Notes: generated by a model from the letters alone, not told the origin. Shown: positions 8,706 through 17,980, counted from the stretch's first letter. The stretch is DNA of 64,000 nt from an uncultured Candidatus Peribacteria bacterium (GCA_964436765.1 CAYTEH010000002.1:9238-73237); one strand, 5' to 3'. Made by a program: numbers and translations.

Positions 8706-8911
8706 AAATAATGGCTTGCAAGAGCCAAAAAACAAGAAATGTCGGGCGCACTTTTCTTCCTGACAGAGGGTATTGTCTGTATGTTATTACACAACATTAT
8801 ATAATTTATTCAACATTAAATTTCATAATAGGGGTGATTCTACATCCCTGCGGCTTGCTGATGCATAAATCCGTCTGTAGGATCTCTCGGCTCTTGACCC
8901 GCTAATTCTCT

Positions 8912-9232
8912 GTGTCCAAGGATGTAATCGAACTGATGGGCGTTGTGGAGGAAAGCTTTCCGAACGCCACATTCCGCGTCCGTGTGACCAGCGAACAGGC
9001 GAAGGATCATGAATTGCTCTGCCATCTGGCAGGACGCATGCGGATGCACCGCGTGCGCATCCTTCCCGGTGACAGGGTGAAGATCGAGATGACTCCGTAT
9101 GACTTGCAGAAAGGGCGTATCGTCTACCGCTTCCCTGCACACGGACCACTCATCCAGCCGGGCGTACCGCCCACACCGGGTTCTCCCTCCTCTCCGGCAG
9201 GGGTTCCCGTCCCTCCTCCTTCCGCCGCTTAA
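8912..9232 (+). CDS. infA: Translation initiation factor IF-1 with a Pro-rich C-terminal extension of about 30 aa
   Basis: GTG start. [21 protein letters not shown]...[36 protein letters not shown] is the full S1-like IF-1 core. Confidence 0.9.
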   Translation: MSKDVIELMGVVEESFPNATFRVRVTSEQAKDHELLCHLAGRMRMHRVRILPGDRVKIEMTPYDLQKGRIVYRFPAHGPLIQPGVPPTPGSPSSPAGVPVPPPSAA

Positions 9233-9242
9233 ATCCTCTCCC

Positions 9243-9374
9243 ATGAAAGTCCGCGCTTCCTGCAAACCGATCTGCAAAGACTGCCGCCTCGTTCTGCGCC
9301 GCAATGGCCAGGGTAAGATGGTGCGCAGAATTGTGTGCAGAAAGAATCCCAAGCACAAGCAGCGCCAAGGATAG
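9243..9374 (+). CDS. rpmJ: 50S ribosomal protein L36
   Basis: [17 protein letters not shown]...NPKHKQRQG. The ATG at 9243 lies inside ORF 9099..9374. It is a few residues longer than the usual 37-38 aa. Confidence 0.9.
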   Translation: MKVRASCKPICKDCRLVLRRNGQGKMVRRIVCRKNPKHKQRQG

Positions 9375-9410
9375 TTTTCTGCCCCCATCCGGTCCGCCTA
9401 GGCGGGCCAC

Positions 9411-9430
9411 CTTCTCCCCGCGGGGAGAAG
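9411..9430. repeat. Family A hairpin (perfect 20-nt palindrome cttctccccgcggggagaag)
   Basis: Read directly from the sequence, downstream of rpmJ. A second hairpin, ggtccgcc-ta-ggcgggcc, lies just upstream. Confidence 0.7.
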
Positions 9431-9458
9431 AAACTTACTTCTCCTCTTCCTCCGTCAC

Positions 9459-9839
9459 ATGCTCCGCATCTCAGGCGTCGTCCTCCCCGGCAACAAGCGA
9501 ATCGAGATCTCCCTCACGGCGATCAAAGGCATCGGACGCTCGCTGGCCAAGACGATCCTGAAGGACGCGAACGTGGATTTGGCTGCGAAGACGGACTCTC
9601 TGACCGAAGCCGATGCCGCACGCATCCGTTCGCGCGTGGAGAAGGAACTCACCGAAGGCGAGCTTGTGCGCAAGGTATCCATGGATATCAAGCGTCTCAC
9701 CGATATCGGTACGTGGCGTGGCTATCGTCACCGCCGCAAGCTCCCCGCCCGTGGCCAGACATCCCGCCGCAACGCCCGCACCAAGCGCGGCAAGAAGAAG
9801 ACGGGTACGTCCGGACGCACGGTGTTGACCAAGACCTAA
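9459..9839 (+). CDS. rpsM: 30S ribosomal protein S13
   Basis: MLRISGVVLPGNKRIEISLTAIKGIGRSLA...GTWRGYRHRRKLPARGQ. Confidence 0.95.
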   Translation: MLRISGVVLPGNKRIEISLTAIKGIGRSLAKTILKDANVDLAAKTDSLTEADAARIRSRVEKELTEGELVRKVSMDIKRLTDIGTWRGYRHRRKLPARGQTSRRNARTKRGKKKTGTSGRTVLTKT

Positions 9840-9882
9840 TCACCGGCAGGCCGGAAGGCCTGCCCTCCATCTATTTTCCCCT

Positions 9883-10341
9883 ATGGCTGACGATTCCGTT
9901 CTCGCAAAGGCACTCGAAGGTGGCGATCCTGTGATCGCTCCCCCCAAGGCGGCGGCCGAAGCCGGTCCCCGCAAGAAAAAGAAGATCAAGCGTACGCTTA
10001 CCAAGGCGCGCGTGTGCATTCATGCAGGCGAGAACAACACAATTGTCACGTTCACCGATTTCGAAGGAAACGTCTTGGCCTGGTGCAGCAGCGGTGCCGC
10101 TGGTTTCAAGGGCACGCGCAAGTCGACCCCGTACGCCGCTAAAGTCGCCGCCGAAACAGCCGCAATGAAGGTGAAGCCCTATGGCGTGGAAACCGTGACG
10201 GTGGAGGTAAAAGGACTCGGACCCGGTCGCGAGCAGTCCATCCGCGGACTCCAGGCCGCCGGCTTGGCCCTCGATGCAATCATTGATACCACGGCCATTC
10301 CGCACGGCGGCTGCCGCCCTGCCGGACGCAGGCGCGTGTAA
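9883..10341 (+). CDS. rpsK: 30S ribosomal protein S11 (N-terminally extended)
   Basis: ARVCIHAGENNTIVTFTD..GN.LAW.SSG..GFKGTRKSTPYAA...GLGPGREQSIRGL...DTTAIPHGGCRP. Confidence 0.95.
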   Translation: MADDSVLAKALEGGDPVIAPPKAAAEAGPRKKKKIKRTLTKARVCIHAGENNTIVTFTDFEGNVLAWCSSGAAGFKGTRKSTPYAAKVAAETAAMKVKPYGVETVTVEVKGLGPGREQSIRGLQAAGLALDAIIDTTAIPHGGCRPAGRRRV

Positions 10342-10416
10342 CCCCCACCCCCGGCCCCTCCCCCAGCGCTGCGGCGCAGGGAGAGGGGAGCACCTCACCT
10401 CACCACTCTCTCATCT

Positions 10417-11037
10417 ATGAAGTACAACGGTCCCAAAGCAAAGAAGGTACGCCGCCATGGCGTGAATCTCTACGGCAGCGACAAGTACGACAAGATCCTC
10501 CAGCGCAAGCCGTACGGTCCGGGCAAGAACGCGAAGTTCCGCCCCATGGGCAAGCCGTCCGAGTACTCGCAGCAGCTGAAGGAGAAGCAGAAGGCGCGCG
10601 ATATCTACGGCCTCTCCGAGCGTCAGTTCCGCCGCATGTACGACACTGCAGCCAAGATTCCCGGTCAGACGGGCGATGTGCTCAAGCAGCTGCTTGAGCG
10701 CCGCCTGGATAACGTCGTCTACCGTGCCGGCTTTGCCAAGACCCGCCTCCAGTCCCGCCAGCTCGTGGGCCACGGCGCCTTCCTCGTGAACGGCGTGCGC
10801 GTCACGGTGCCCTCCTTCCAGGTGAAGCCCGGCATGAAGATTACGGTCCGCCCTCAAATGAAGAGCTCGCCGGTCTTCCCGCCCATTCTTGAGGCCAACC
10901 AGAAGTACATGGCTCCCACGTGGATGAAGGTGGATGCCGGCTCCCTGAGCATCGAGGTCATGACCCTGCCCACGGCTGCAAATGCCGAGCAGGCAGTCGA
11001 AATGCGCCAGATCATTGAGTTCTACTCGCGCAACTGA
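10417..11037 (+). CDS. rpsD: 30S ribosomal protein S4
   Basis: LERRLDNVVYRAGFAKTRLQSRQLVGHGAFLVNGVRV (S4 RNA-binding domain), with matching operon position. Confidence 0.95.
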   Translation: MKYNGPKAKKVRRHGVNLYGSDKYDKILQRKPYGPGKNAKFRPMGKPSEYSQQLKEKQKARDIYGLSERQFRRMYDTAAKIPGQTGDVLKQLLERRLDNVVYRAGFAKTRLQSRQLVGHGAFLVNGVRVTVPSFQVKPGMKITVRPQMKSSPVFPPILEANQKYMAPTWMKVDAGSLSIEVMTLPTAANAEQAVEMRQIIEFYSRN

Positions 11038-11114
11038 TCTGATCTTTCCCTCCCTTTGCCTGTCTTTTCACTCGCGGCCGGAGCGGCCGCATCCCTCATT
11101 TTTCTCCCTTCCGT

Positions 11115-12116
11115 ATGCACATCATTCAGGAAGAAATCGGATTGCCCACCTTCACAGTGACTCAGGTGAAGAAAGGGGATACCACTCACGCCGTGTTCGC
11201 CATTTCCCCGCTTCCGCCCGGGTATGCCATGACGCTGGGAAACGCCCTCCGCAGGACGCTTCTGAGCAGCCTGCCGGGTGCGGCCATCACGTCCATGCGC
11301 GTCTCGGGAGTGCAGCACGAGTACACCGCCATCAAGGGTGTTCATGAATCGGTGATGGACATCGCGCTCAACATGAAGCTTCTGCGTCTCCGCAAGCACA
11401 CGAAGGAGCAGGAGACCATTTCGCTCGAGGTGAAGGGTCCCATGGAGGTCACCGCAAAGGACCTGAAGGTCAGTTCCGATATCGAAGTCCTGAATCCCGA
11501 TTTGCCCCTCTTCACCGTCGAGAAGGGCGCCTCGGTCGACATGCAGTTCACCGTCGAGAAGGGGGTGGGGTACGTGCCGGCGTCCGAGCGCAACAAGAAG
11601 CAGAACGAACCGGGCCTCATCTACATTGATTCCATCTTCAGTCCCGTTCTCAAGGTTCGCTTCGATGTCGAAGCCGCCCGCGTGGGCCAGCGCACCGATC
11701 TCGAGAAGCTGTCGCTCGACGTGCAAACCAACGGCTCCCTCACCGCAGAGGAGGCCGTGCAGTTCGCATCGCAGCTCATGCAGAGCTACTTCGGGTACTT
11801 CGGTTCCGACAAGAAGGTCGTGGAGCCCGAGTTCGTTGCCGATTTCTCCCGCGCGGCCAGCGCCCAGGTTGATGACGCAACGCACGCTCCCGTCAAAGAG
11901 AGTTACACCCCCATCGAGATCCTCAACTTCTCGCCGCGCACCCTCAACGCCCTCATCAACGCGGGCGTGGGAAGCATCGAGCAGCTCAGCAAGTGCACCG
12001 AAGCCACCCTCAGCAATTTCCGCGGGTTCGGCGCCAAAGCCCTGGATGAGGTCAAGAAAACCCTCGGAGACCGTGGTTTGAAGCTCGCAGACGACGCCGG
12101 AACGATCGATGTTTGA
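11115..12116 (+). CDS. rpoA: DNA-directed RNA polymerase alpha subunit
   Basis: PLPPGYAMTLGNALRRTLLSSLPGAAIT NTD motif and a C-terminal ILNFSPRTLNALINAGVGSIEQL helix-hairpin-helix CTD. Confidence 0.95.
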   Translation: MHIIQEEIGLPTFTVTQVKKGDTTHAVFAISPLPPGYAMTLGNALRRTLLSSLPGAAITSMRVSGVQHEYTAIKGVHESVMDIALNMKLLRLRKHTKEQETISLEVKGPMEVTAKDLKVSSDIEVLNPDLPLFTVEKGASVDMQFTVEKGVGYVPASERNKKQNEPGLIYIDSIFSPVLKVRFDVEAARVGQRTDLEKLSLDVQTNGSLTAEEAVQFASQLMQSYFGYFGSDKKVVEPEFVADFSRAASAQVDDATHAPVKESYTPIEILNFSPRTLNALINAGVGSIEQLSKCTEATLSNFRGFGAKALDEVKKTLGDRGLKLADDAGTIDV

Positions 12117-12188
12117 GTATTGAAAAATCGCTGAAATACGGTATCCTTTCTCCCCCGGAAATCCCACGTCCCAACTCCTACATTCCAA

Positions 12189-12626
12189 ATGCGTCACCGC
12201 AAGTCCCGCCTCCGGCTCCGTCACAAACCCGCGTACGCGAAGGCGATGCTGCGCAACATGCTCACATCCGTCCTGCTCTACGAATCGATTCGCACCACGA
12301 AGAAGCGCGCCCAGGTGGTGCGTCCGCAGGTGGAGAAACTCATCACGATCGCCAAGACCAAGCAGCCTCACGTGGCCATTCGCGCCATCAACACGGTCGT
12401 CACCGATAAGAATGCCTCCCGCAAGCTCATGGAGGTGCTCAAGCAGCGGTACGCGTCCCGCACCTCGGGCTACACGCGCATCGTTCCGGTGGGTGCACGC
12501 GTCGGTGACGGCGCCATGCTCGTGACATTGGAATTGGTCGACGGGAAAGATGTTGCTGCGGAAGCCCCGGCGCCAGCTCCCAAGAAGAAGACCATCAAGA
12601 AAGAAGCTTCCACCAACGCCAAATGA
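12189..12626 (+). CDS. rplQ: 50S ribosomal protein L17
   Basis: MRHRKSRLRLRHKPAYAKAMLRNMLTSVLLYESIRTTKKRA...GYTRI. Confidence 0.95.
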   Translation: MRHRKSRLRLRHKPAYAKAMLRNMLTSVLLYESIRTTKKRAQVVRPQVEKLITIAKTKQPHVAIRAINTVVTDKNASRKLMEVLKQRYASRTSGYTRIVPVGARVGDGAMLVTLELVDGKDVAAEAPAPAPKKKTIKKEASTNAK

Positions 12627-13054
12627 AGACCACCATCGTTCCAGTGCAGGCACAGGCAAAGTGGTACACGATCGATGCCACGGGCCTTACGATCGGCCAG
12701 GTGGCGACCAATGCCGCCCACGTCCTTCGTGGCAAGCACAAGAAGGAGTTCTCGGGCCATCAGCTCTGCGGCGATCATGTTATCGTCCTGAACCTTGAGA
12801 AGCTCTCCGTGAGCCCCAAGAAGCTCCTGAACAAGCTGTACTTTGATCACACGGGGTACCTCGGCCACTGGCGCAACATCCCGCTCGGGGAAATGATGCG
12901 CAAAGATCCCCGCAAGCCCGTCCAGATCGCCGTGAAGGGCATGCTCGCGAAAAACCGCCTCAGCCAGCAGATGATGAAGCGCTTGCATCTGATGGTGGGT
13001 GCCGAGCACAAGTATGCCGCCCAGAAGCCCGAACCCCTTACCTTCACCATATGA
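12623..13054 (+). CDS. rplM: 50S ribosomal protein L13
   Basis: WYTIDATGLTIGQVATNAAHVLRGKHK..F..H...GD.VIV.N. There is a 4-nt ATGA overlap with rplQ. Confidence 0.95.
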   Translation: MKTTIVPVQAQAKWYTIDATGLTIGQVATNAAHVLRGKHKKEFSGHQLCGDHVIVLNLEKLSVSPKKLLNKLYFDHTGYLGHWRNIPLGEMMRKDPRKPVQIAVKGMLAKNRLSQQMMKRLHLMVGAEHKYAAQKPEPLTFTI

Positions 13055-13443
13055 GCAAGCAGTACATCGGAGCCATCGGCAAGCGCAAGACCGCGATCGC
13101 ACGCGTGAAGCTCTTCCAGGAGGGTTCTGGTGAGGCCACGGTGAACGGCATGAAGCTCAAGGAGTACTTCCCCAGCACGTACAGCGAAAACGCCCTTGCA
13201 CCGCTTGCGCTCACCAATCATGCCAAGTCGGTGGATGTGGAGGTTCGCGTTGTGGGCGGCGGCAAGTCGGCGCAATCCGATGCCATGCGCCATGCCATCA
13301 GCCGTGCCCTGCTCCTCCTGAACCCCGATCTCCGCAGCGACCTGAAGCGCGCCGGATTCCTCCGCCGCGATAGCCGCATCAAGGAACGCAAGAAGCCCGG
13401 TCTCAAGCGCGCCCGCCGCGCACCGCAGTTCTCGAAGCGCTAA
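13051..13443 (+). CDS. rpsI: 30S ribosomal protein S9
   Basis: GKRKTAIARVKL..G.G...VNG......GGGKSAQSDAMRHAISRAL...GFLRRDSRIKERKKPGLKRARRAPQFSKR. Confidence 0.95.
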   Translation: MSKQYIGAIGKRKTAIARVKLFQEGSGEATVNGMKLKEYFPSTYSENALAPLALTNHAKSVDVEVRVVGGGKSAQSDAMRHAISRALLLLNPDLRSDLKRAGFLRRDSRIKERKKPGLKRARRAPQFSKR

Positions 13444-13574
13444 AGGCGCGCCGCAGCCTGCTCTGAGCCTGAGCGAGCGATGCGATTTGAAGGGTGTAGC
13501 AAGCGTTCATCCTCTGAAAAACCTCATCCGGCGCTTCGCGCCACCTTCTCGTCTCTCCCCGTGCTTTGCACGAC

Positions 13575-13594
13575 TCTCTCCCTGCCGGGAGAGG
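13575..13594. repeat. Family A hairpin (ctctccc-tgcc-gggagag)
   Basis: Read directly, in the convergent intergenic region after rpsI. Confidence 0.65.
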
Positions 13595-13644
13595 GAAAAT
13601 GGTCAAAGTTCTTCTCTGAGGAGAAGGGAAGAGGACATCCTTTT

Positions 13645-15075
13645 TCAGGCTGCCTCGATTTTTTTCAAAATCTCCTCTTGTTCCGCATCGTTGCGGGCCG
13701 TTTCCACGCCTCGGGTTCTCCCGCTGCGGATGACGCGGGGCACGAATCCAGGATAGATCTGATTCACCTTTGAGCGTGCCTCAAGATGGGCCCGGCCGTA
13801 GGGCAGCCGTTGCGGGGGCGACAGGTAATAGAGCAGCATTCTGTTGTAATACGACGTAGCGTTGCCATCGGCCGCGTTGCCGGGGACGATATTCGGGATA
13901 TCTGATGCCTGCACGAAAACGGTCATGCGCCGGCCTTCCGACGTGTCCGTGGAAAATTCGTCACGGAAGAGCGCAGCGTAATCTGCCTGGGCGAATCCGC
14001 CGCTGAAGCAGGCATTCACATCGAACGTGAAACGGCAGTCGGTGAATTCGTTGCATACAGCCACGATCTGCCGCGGAGTGACAACAAATTCCTGGCGATC
14101 GGGTCCGGGGGTGCTGAAGACCAGGGTGCCTTCTGTGGTGCCGTGCGCGGCGACCATGATGTAGAAATCGCGCACAGGAGGGGTCGCGGCACGCATTGCA
14201 CGCACTCGTTCGCGCATCATCGCGAGCGGATCTCTGCTCACTTCCATCACGTGATCCCCGGATGTGACCATGTTGTAGCCCAACTGCCGGAGCAGTTTGG
14301 GGTAGGTGCTGAACTGGGTACGTTCCCAGGGGTCATTCATATCAAGCAGTCCGAACGCGCCCACCGGGCGGTCGCGGGGCAAGTCGAAATCGCGGACCCC
14401 TGCGGCATCGTCCATGCCGCTTTGGCGGTCTGCAACCGCCTGTGACATGAGCTTTCGCACAACCTCGAAGTTAACGCGCCGATTTGCGAACATGAGTGCG
14501 GTGGGGATTGCCGCAGTCGTTTCGGGATCGCTTTCCTTGCGGATGACGCAGTGGTTTGGGTTTCCGGTGCAGGGGAGAATATGCCAGCGGCCGTTGAAAA
14601 GGGCACGACCGGACACGTTCACGTCGAACGAAAATTCAGGAAGGTTCGTGAGCCGATTGATGCTCTGGCGGAACGTGATGCCGTTTTGCGAGCTGTTGTT
14701 GTCACACAGAAGCAGTGCATCCCTGGGCCCTTCCAGCCACATGGTGCCGGCGAGGCGTTCCGCCGAATCGGCCGGTATCGCGGCCGCCGCCAGTTTGTAC
14801 TGGGCTTCCATCCATTCCTGCTCGGTGCGGTTGGGGGTCTCGATCCGCTCGATTCCCCGCATGATTTCCACGCGCTGGGCCTCGTTTTCTCCGGCAGAGC
14901 CCTGCGCGACAGGGCGCTGGAGCATTTTTGCGTGATACTGCTTCAGTCGTTCCTCGTATTCGGCCATCTCAGCATTCGTTTCTTTCAAGCGCCTGGAAAC
15001 TGCATCCGACGGCGAACCCGCCAAACGAGGCGTATCGGCTGTTTCCCGACGTCCTTCCTGTTCGAATCCAGACAT
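13645..15075 (-). CDS. Orphan protein (477 aa) with a C-terminal caspase/legumain-like (clan CD) His-Gly ... Ala-Cys dyad
   Basis: High-GC3 ORF. Start chosen at ATG 15075 (MSGFEQEG), 14 nt after the upstream gene's stop. The C-terminal 170 aa show strand-HG (FYIMVAAHGTTEG), strand-AC (FDVNACFSGGF) and a following strand (MTVFVQAS), the order seen in clan CD peptidases. No signal peptide. Confidence 0.6.
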   Translation of the reverse strand: MSGFEQEGRRETADTPRLAGSPSDAVSRRLKETNAEMAEYEERLKQYHAKMLQRPVAQGSAGENEAQRVEIMRGIERIETPNRTEQEWMEAQYKLAAAAIPADSAERLAGTMWLEGPRDALLLCDNNSSQNGITFRQSINRLTNLPEFSFDVNVSGRALFNGRWHILPCTGNPNHCVIRKESDPETTAAIPTALMFANRRVNFEVVRKLMSQAVADRQSGMDDAAGVRDFDLPRDRPVGAFGLLDMNDPWERTQFSTYPKLLRQLGYNMVTSGDHVMEVSRDPLAMMRERVRAMRAATPPVRDFYIMVAAHGTTEGTLVFSTPGPDRQEFVVTPRQIVAVCNEFTDCRFTFDVNACFSGGFAQADYAALFRDEFSTDTSEGRRMTVFVQASDIPNIVPGNAADGNATSYYNRMLLYYLSPPQRLPYGRAHLEARSKVNQIYPGFVPRVIRSGRTRGVETARNDAEQEEILKKIEAA

Positions 15076-15089
15076 GGGAGAAGAGGAAA

Positions 15090-15548
15090 TCAGGCGACGA
15101 CCGTCATTTTCACGTAGTACAGGCTCTTGCCTTCGTCGGTATCCAGGATGAACTTCGCGTCGAGCTGGGCCAGCTGCATGATGGTCTGGCACATTTTCAT
15201 GAGCATGTGGGGCGGGAGGCCAACTCCTGCTTCCAGGCACGTGGCGCACAGGCCCGCGGCGTCCTTGGAGCGGATGAACTTGTCTCCGCGGTCCACGATG
15301 ACGTTATAGAGGGATTCCTGGATGTTCAGGACGTACTTCTCCACGTACATTTCGAGATCCTCCACTGGCAGGTCGTGCACTTCGGGGAGAGCCTCGATGA
15401 TATCGAGGTCGCTGTGGATGGCGTGTGCGATGCAGGCGTCGATCGTCATGAGAGGGGGTGGGTATGGATGTTTGTTTTTGGTGTTCCGAACAAATCCAGA
15501 CATGATAGCAAAAATAGGCGTTTTCCTCAAGCGGTTCTCCCCTGCCAA
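15090..15548 (-). CDS. hypothetical protein (119-152 aa; start uncertain: TTG 15548, ATG 15503 or ATG 15449)
   Basis: High-GC3 ORF immediately upstream of, and co-directional with, the 477-aa gene. An AT-rich region lies upstream. No recognisable motif. Confidence 0.6.
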   Translation of the reverse strand: MAGENRLRKTPIFAIMSGFVRNTKNKHPYPPPLMTIDACIAHAIHSDLDIIEALPEVHDLPVEDLEMYVEKYVLNIQESLYNVIVDRGDKFIRSKDAAGLCATCLEAGVGLPPHMLMKMCQTIMQLAQLDAKFILDTDEGKSLYYVKMTVVA

Positions 15549-15575
15549 TCACACGGAAATGCAGTTTTGTGCTAT

Positions 15576-15604
15576 TTGCTAATATATTAAAAATATTATA
15601 TAAT
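15576..15604 (+). promoter_or_regulatory. Putative sigma70-type promoter TTGCTA-17nt-TATAAT
   Basis: The hexamers and spacing were counted directly in the AT-rich divergent region. They lie 35 nt upstream of ATG 15640. Confidence 0.45.
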
Positions 15605-15639
15605 ACTATTAAATCATTTACACATTTCCACACACACAT

Positions 15640-15948
15640 ATGGTGAAAAGTGCACTGCCCGACGCTACTGATGACGTCCTTCACCGCCTTGAGGCGAAGA
15701 AAGTCGAGCTGGAACGCTCGGTTGAAGGTGCAGACCCTGCAATGAAGATCGTTGGGATCGTCCGCAAGCAGATCAATACGCTGACGACCGCGGTGGACCA
15801 GTATCGCGCCACGCGCAACATCCATGACGATCGGGTGCAAAAGGGTGTAGCCCTTCTTCAGGCCGACCACGACCGGATAGATACGATCTGGCGCCGGGAC
15901 AGGAACGACGGCGGACACCAGCATTTTGCGGCCAACAGTGCTGCCTGA
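15640..15948 (+). CDS. hypothetical protein (102 aa), predicted helical/coiled-coil
   Basis: Preceded by a promoter-like element and followed by a canonical terminator. The codon third-position GC bias is consistent with coding. Confidence 0.55.
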   Translation: MVKSALPDATDDVLHRLEAKKVELERSVEGADPAMKIVGIVRKQINTLTTAVDQYRATRNIHDDRVQKGVALLQADHDRIDTIWRRDRNDGGHQHFAANSAA

Positions 15949-15970
15949 CGCGTCATCACTTGGACGTCCA

Positions 15971-15992
15971 AAGGGCCGCAAGGCCCTTTTTT
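15971..15992 (+). terminator. Rho-independent terminator
   Basis: aagggcc-gcaa-ggccctt followed by a T-run (ttttt). Confidence 0.75.
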
Positions 15993-16029
15993 ATAGCAAA
16001 CATAGTTGGCCTGGTTTAGAGTTTTGCGG

Positions 16030-17961
16030 ATGGAAACCTCTCAGATGCCCTCTCTGCCCTCCTGGAAGACCGTGTTGATCGTGATCGGGGCATTTTTTGC
16101 CGCCACGCTGCTCGTGTACGGCCATTCCATCAAGGGCGAATTTGTCCGCTGGGACGACGGCATGCTCGTGTACGAGAACCCCGCAATCCGCGAGATCAGC
16201 CCCCGGACGCTCACGCACATCTTCACCACCTACGATCCGGAACTCTACATCCCGCTTACATTCCTCAGCTATCAGATCGATTACCAGATCGGCGGCATTG
16301 GCGCGACGCAATACCACCTGACGAACTTCCTGCTCCATACCTTCAATGCAATCCTCGTGGCCTGGCTCGTGTTTTTGCTCAGTCGCAAGGGCTTCGTCGG
16401 CATCGTCTGCGGGGCGCTCTTCGCGCTGCATCCGCTCCATACCGAAGCCATCCAGTGGGTGAGTGCGCGGAAAGACCTCCTCTCGACGTTTTTCTTCCTG
16501 CTCTCCATCATCGGGTATATCTATTGGAAGGACCGCGATGACCGTCGCATCTACATCTGGAGCCTCGTGGCCTTCACGCTCGGTCTCCTCTCCAAAGTGA
16601 TGATCATCACGCTGCCGGTGATTTTGTTGCTGGTTGATTTTTTGGATGGACGATTCGTAGGGGCGATTCGCGAATCGCCCCTACGGAAGACATGGCCAAT
16701 CCTGAAGGAAAAAATCCCGTATCTGATGCTCGCAGGAATATTCGGTATCATCGGCATTTTCGGCAAAACGGGCGTGATCCAGTCTTCCACGTTCAGTGGG
16801 AAAATCCTCATGGCGTGCAAGAGCGCGGTCTTTTACCTGCAACAGATCTTCTTTCCCGTACATTTTTCGCTGCTGTACCCGTACGTGAAGCCCATCACGC
16901 TCGCCTCACCCGATTTTTACATTCCCGTTCTCACGCTCCTCATCCTCGCCGCCGCCGCGCTCTACTCGCTCAAGTGGACGCGCGTCGTCGCCTTCGGTCT
17001 CCTCTTTTATATCGTCACCGTCGCGCCCACATTCCTCAACTTTGCGAAGGGCGGCGAGATGGATGTGTATTTTGCATCGGATCGCTACGCGTACGTTCCC
17101 TCCATCGGTATTTTCTTCGCCGCCATATGGCTGCTCTATGAATTCGTCATCATGGGGCGCGCAAGCCAAAAGCAGACCAGGGAGATCATCGTCACGTGCA
17201 TTGCCACGGTCATCCTCCTCGCATGTGCGGCGAAGGCGTACGCGCAGTCGATGGTGTGGAAGAATACCCAGGCGCTCTTCGAGAACGTCATCCGCTATTA
17301 CCCGGAGTCGTCGCACGTCGCGCACAATAACCTGGGCAACGTGTACCGCCTGCAGGGCGATCTGACGAAGGCCGAGAGCGAGTACAAGCAGGCGATCGCC
17401 ATCAAGCCGCATGCGAAGACCATCAGCAACTTAGGAGTCGTCTATCGCAGGCAGGGGAATTTGGGCGTAGCGCTCTCCACGTACGACGAGGCGCTGAAGG
17501 CCGATCCGAACAGCAAAGAGGCGCATTTGGGCCTGGGTCTCGTGCATATGACGGAGAAGAAGTTCGCCGACGCGGCTGCAGAGTTCCAGAAGGCCGTCAC
17601 GATCGATCCGCTCTATGAAGAAGGCTTCACGAACCTGGGAGCCGCGTACGTGTCACTTGGCCGTCTTCCAGAGGCTATCGAGCAGTACAGGAAGGCGCTT
17701 GCGATCAACGCCTTCTTCCCCGATGCGCACTACAACCTTGCTGTTGCGCTGGAGGAGACGGACGACGTGAACGGAGCCATCAAAGAATATGAAGAGACGG
17801 TGCGGCTGGTACCAACCGTGATTCCGGCGCGCATCAACCTGGGCATCCTGTACCACGGGCAGGGGCGGGTGGAGGATGCGCGGAGGCAGTTTGAGGAGAT
17901 CTTGAACATTGATCCTACGAATAAGGCGGCGAGGTCGGCGTTGAAGCAGATTGGAAAATAA
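16030..17961 (+). CDS. GT-C-type membrane protein with C-terminal TPR repeats (TMTC/PMT_2-like putative protein O-mannosyltransferase)
   Basis: N-terminal multi-TM region with FVRWDDGMLVYENP... and ALHPLHTEAIQWVSARKDLL, typical of TMTC/DUF1736-type proteins. The C-terminal 250 aa carry about 7 TPR units (AHNNLGNVYRLQGDLTKAESEYKQAIAIKP...). Confidence 0.8.
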   Translation: METSQMPSLPSWKTVLIVIGAFFAATLLVYGHSIKGEFVRWDDGMLVYENPAIREISPRTLTHIFTTYDPELYIPLTFLSYQIDYQIGGIGATQYHLTNFLLHTFNAILVAWLVFLLSRKGFVGIVCGALFALHPLHTEAIQWVSARKDLLSTFFFLLSIIGYIYWKDRDDRRIYIWSLVAFTLGLLSKVMIITLPVILLLVDFLDGRFVGAIRESPLRKTWPILKEKIPYLMLAGIFGIIGIFGKTGVIQSSTFSGKILMACKSAVFYLQQIFFPVHFSLLYPYVKPITLASPDFYIPVLTLLILAAAALYSLKWTRVVAFGLLFYIVTVAPTFLNFAKGGEMDVYFASDRYAYVPSIGIFFAAIWLLYEFVIMGRASQKQTREIIVTCIATVILLACAAKAYAQSMVWKNTQALFENVIRYYPESSHVAHNNLGNVYRLQGDLTKAESEYKQAIAIKPHAKTISNLGVVYRRQGNLGVALSTYDEALKADPNSKEAHLGLGLVHMTEKKFADAAAEFQKAVTIDPLYEEGFTNLGAAYVSLGRLPEAIEQYRKALAINAFFPDAHYNLAVALEETDDVNGAIKEYEETVRLVPTVIPARINLGILYHGQGRVEDARRQFEEILNIDPTNKAARSALKQIGK

Positions 17962-17980
17962 AAATGAAGATCGAAGGCTG

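Noticed and set aside
8711-8905. 64-aa ORF between map and infA
   Set aside because: It lies in an AT-rich spacer. The translation is I/Y/L-rich and lacks the GC3 bias of real genes here. The spacer more likely holds an internal promoter or leader for infA.
11022-12659. 545-aa ORF on the minus strand
   Set aside because: It is entirely antisense to rpoA and rplQ, which carry unambiguous conserved motifs. The translation is R/G/H/E/D-rich with no motifs, typical of a high-GC shadow ORF.
15304-15981. 225-aa minus-strand ORF spanning the AT-rich divergent region
   Set aside because: It overlaps both the 15090..15548 gene and the 15640..15948 gene and crosses the promoter-like AT-rich spacer. 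The plus-strand ORF is followed by a proper terminator.
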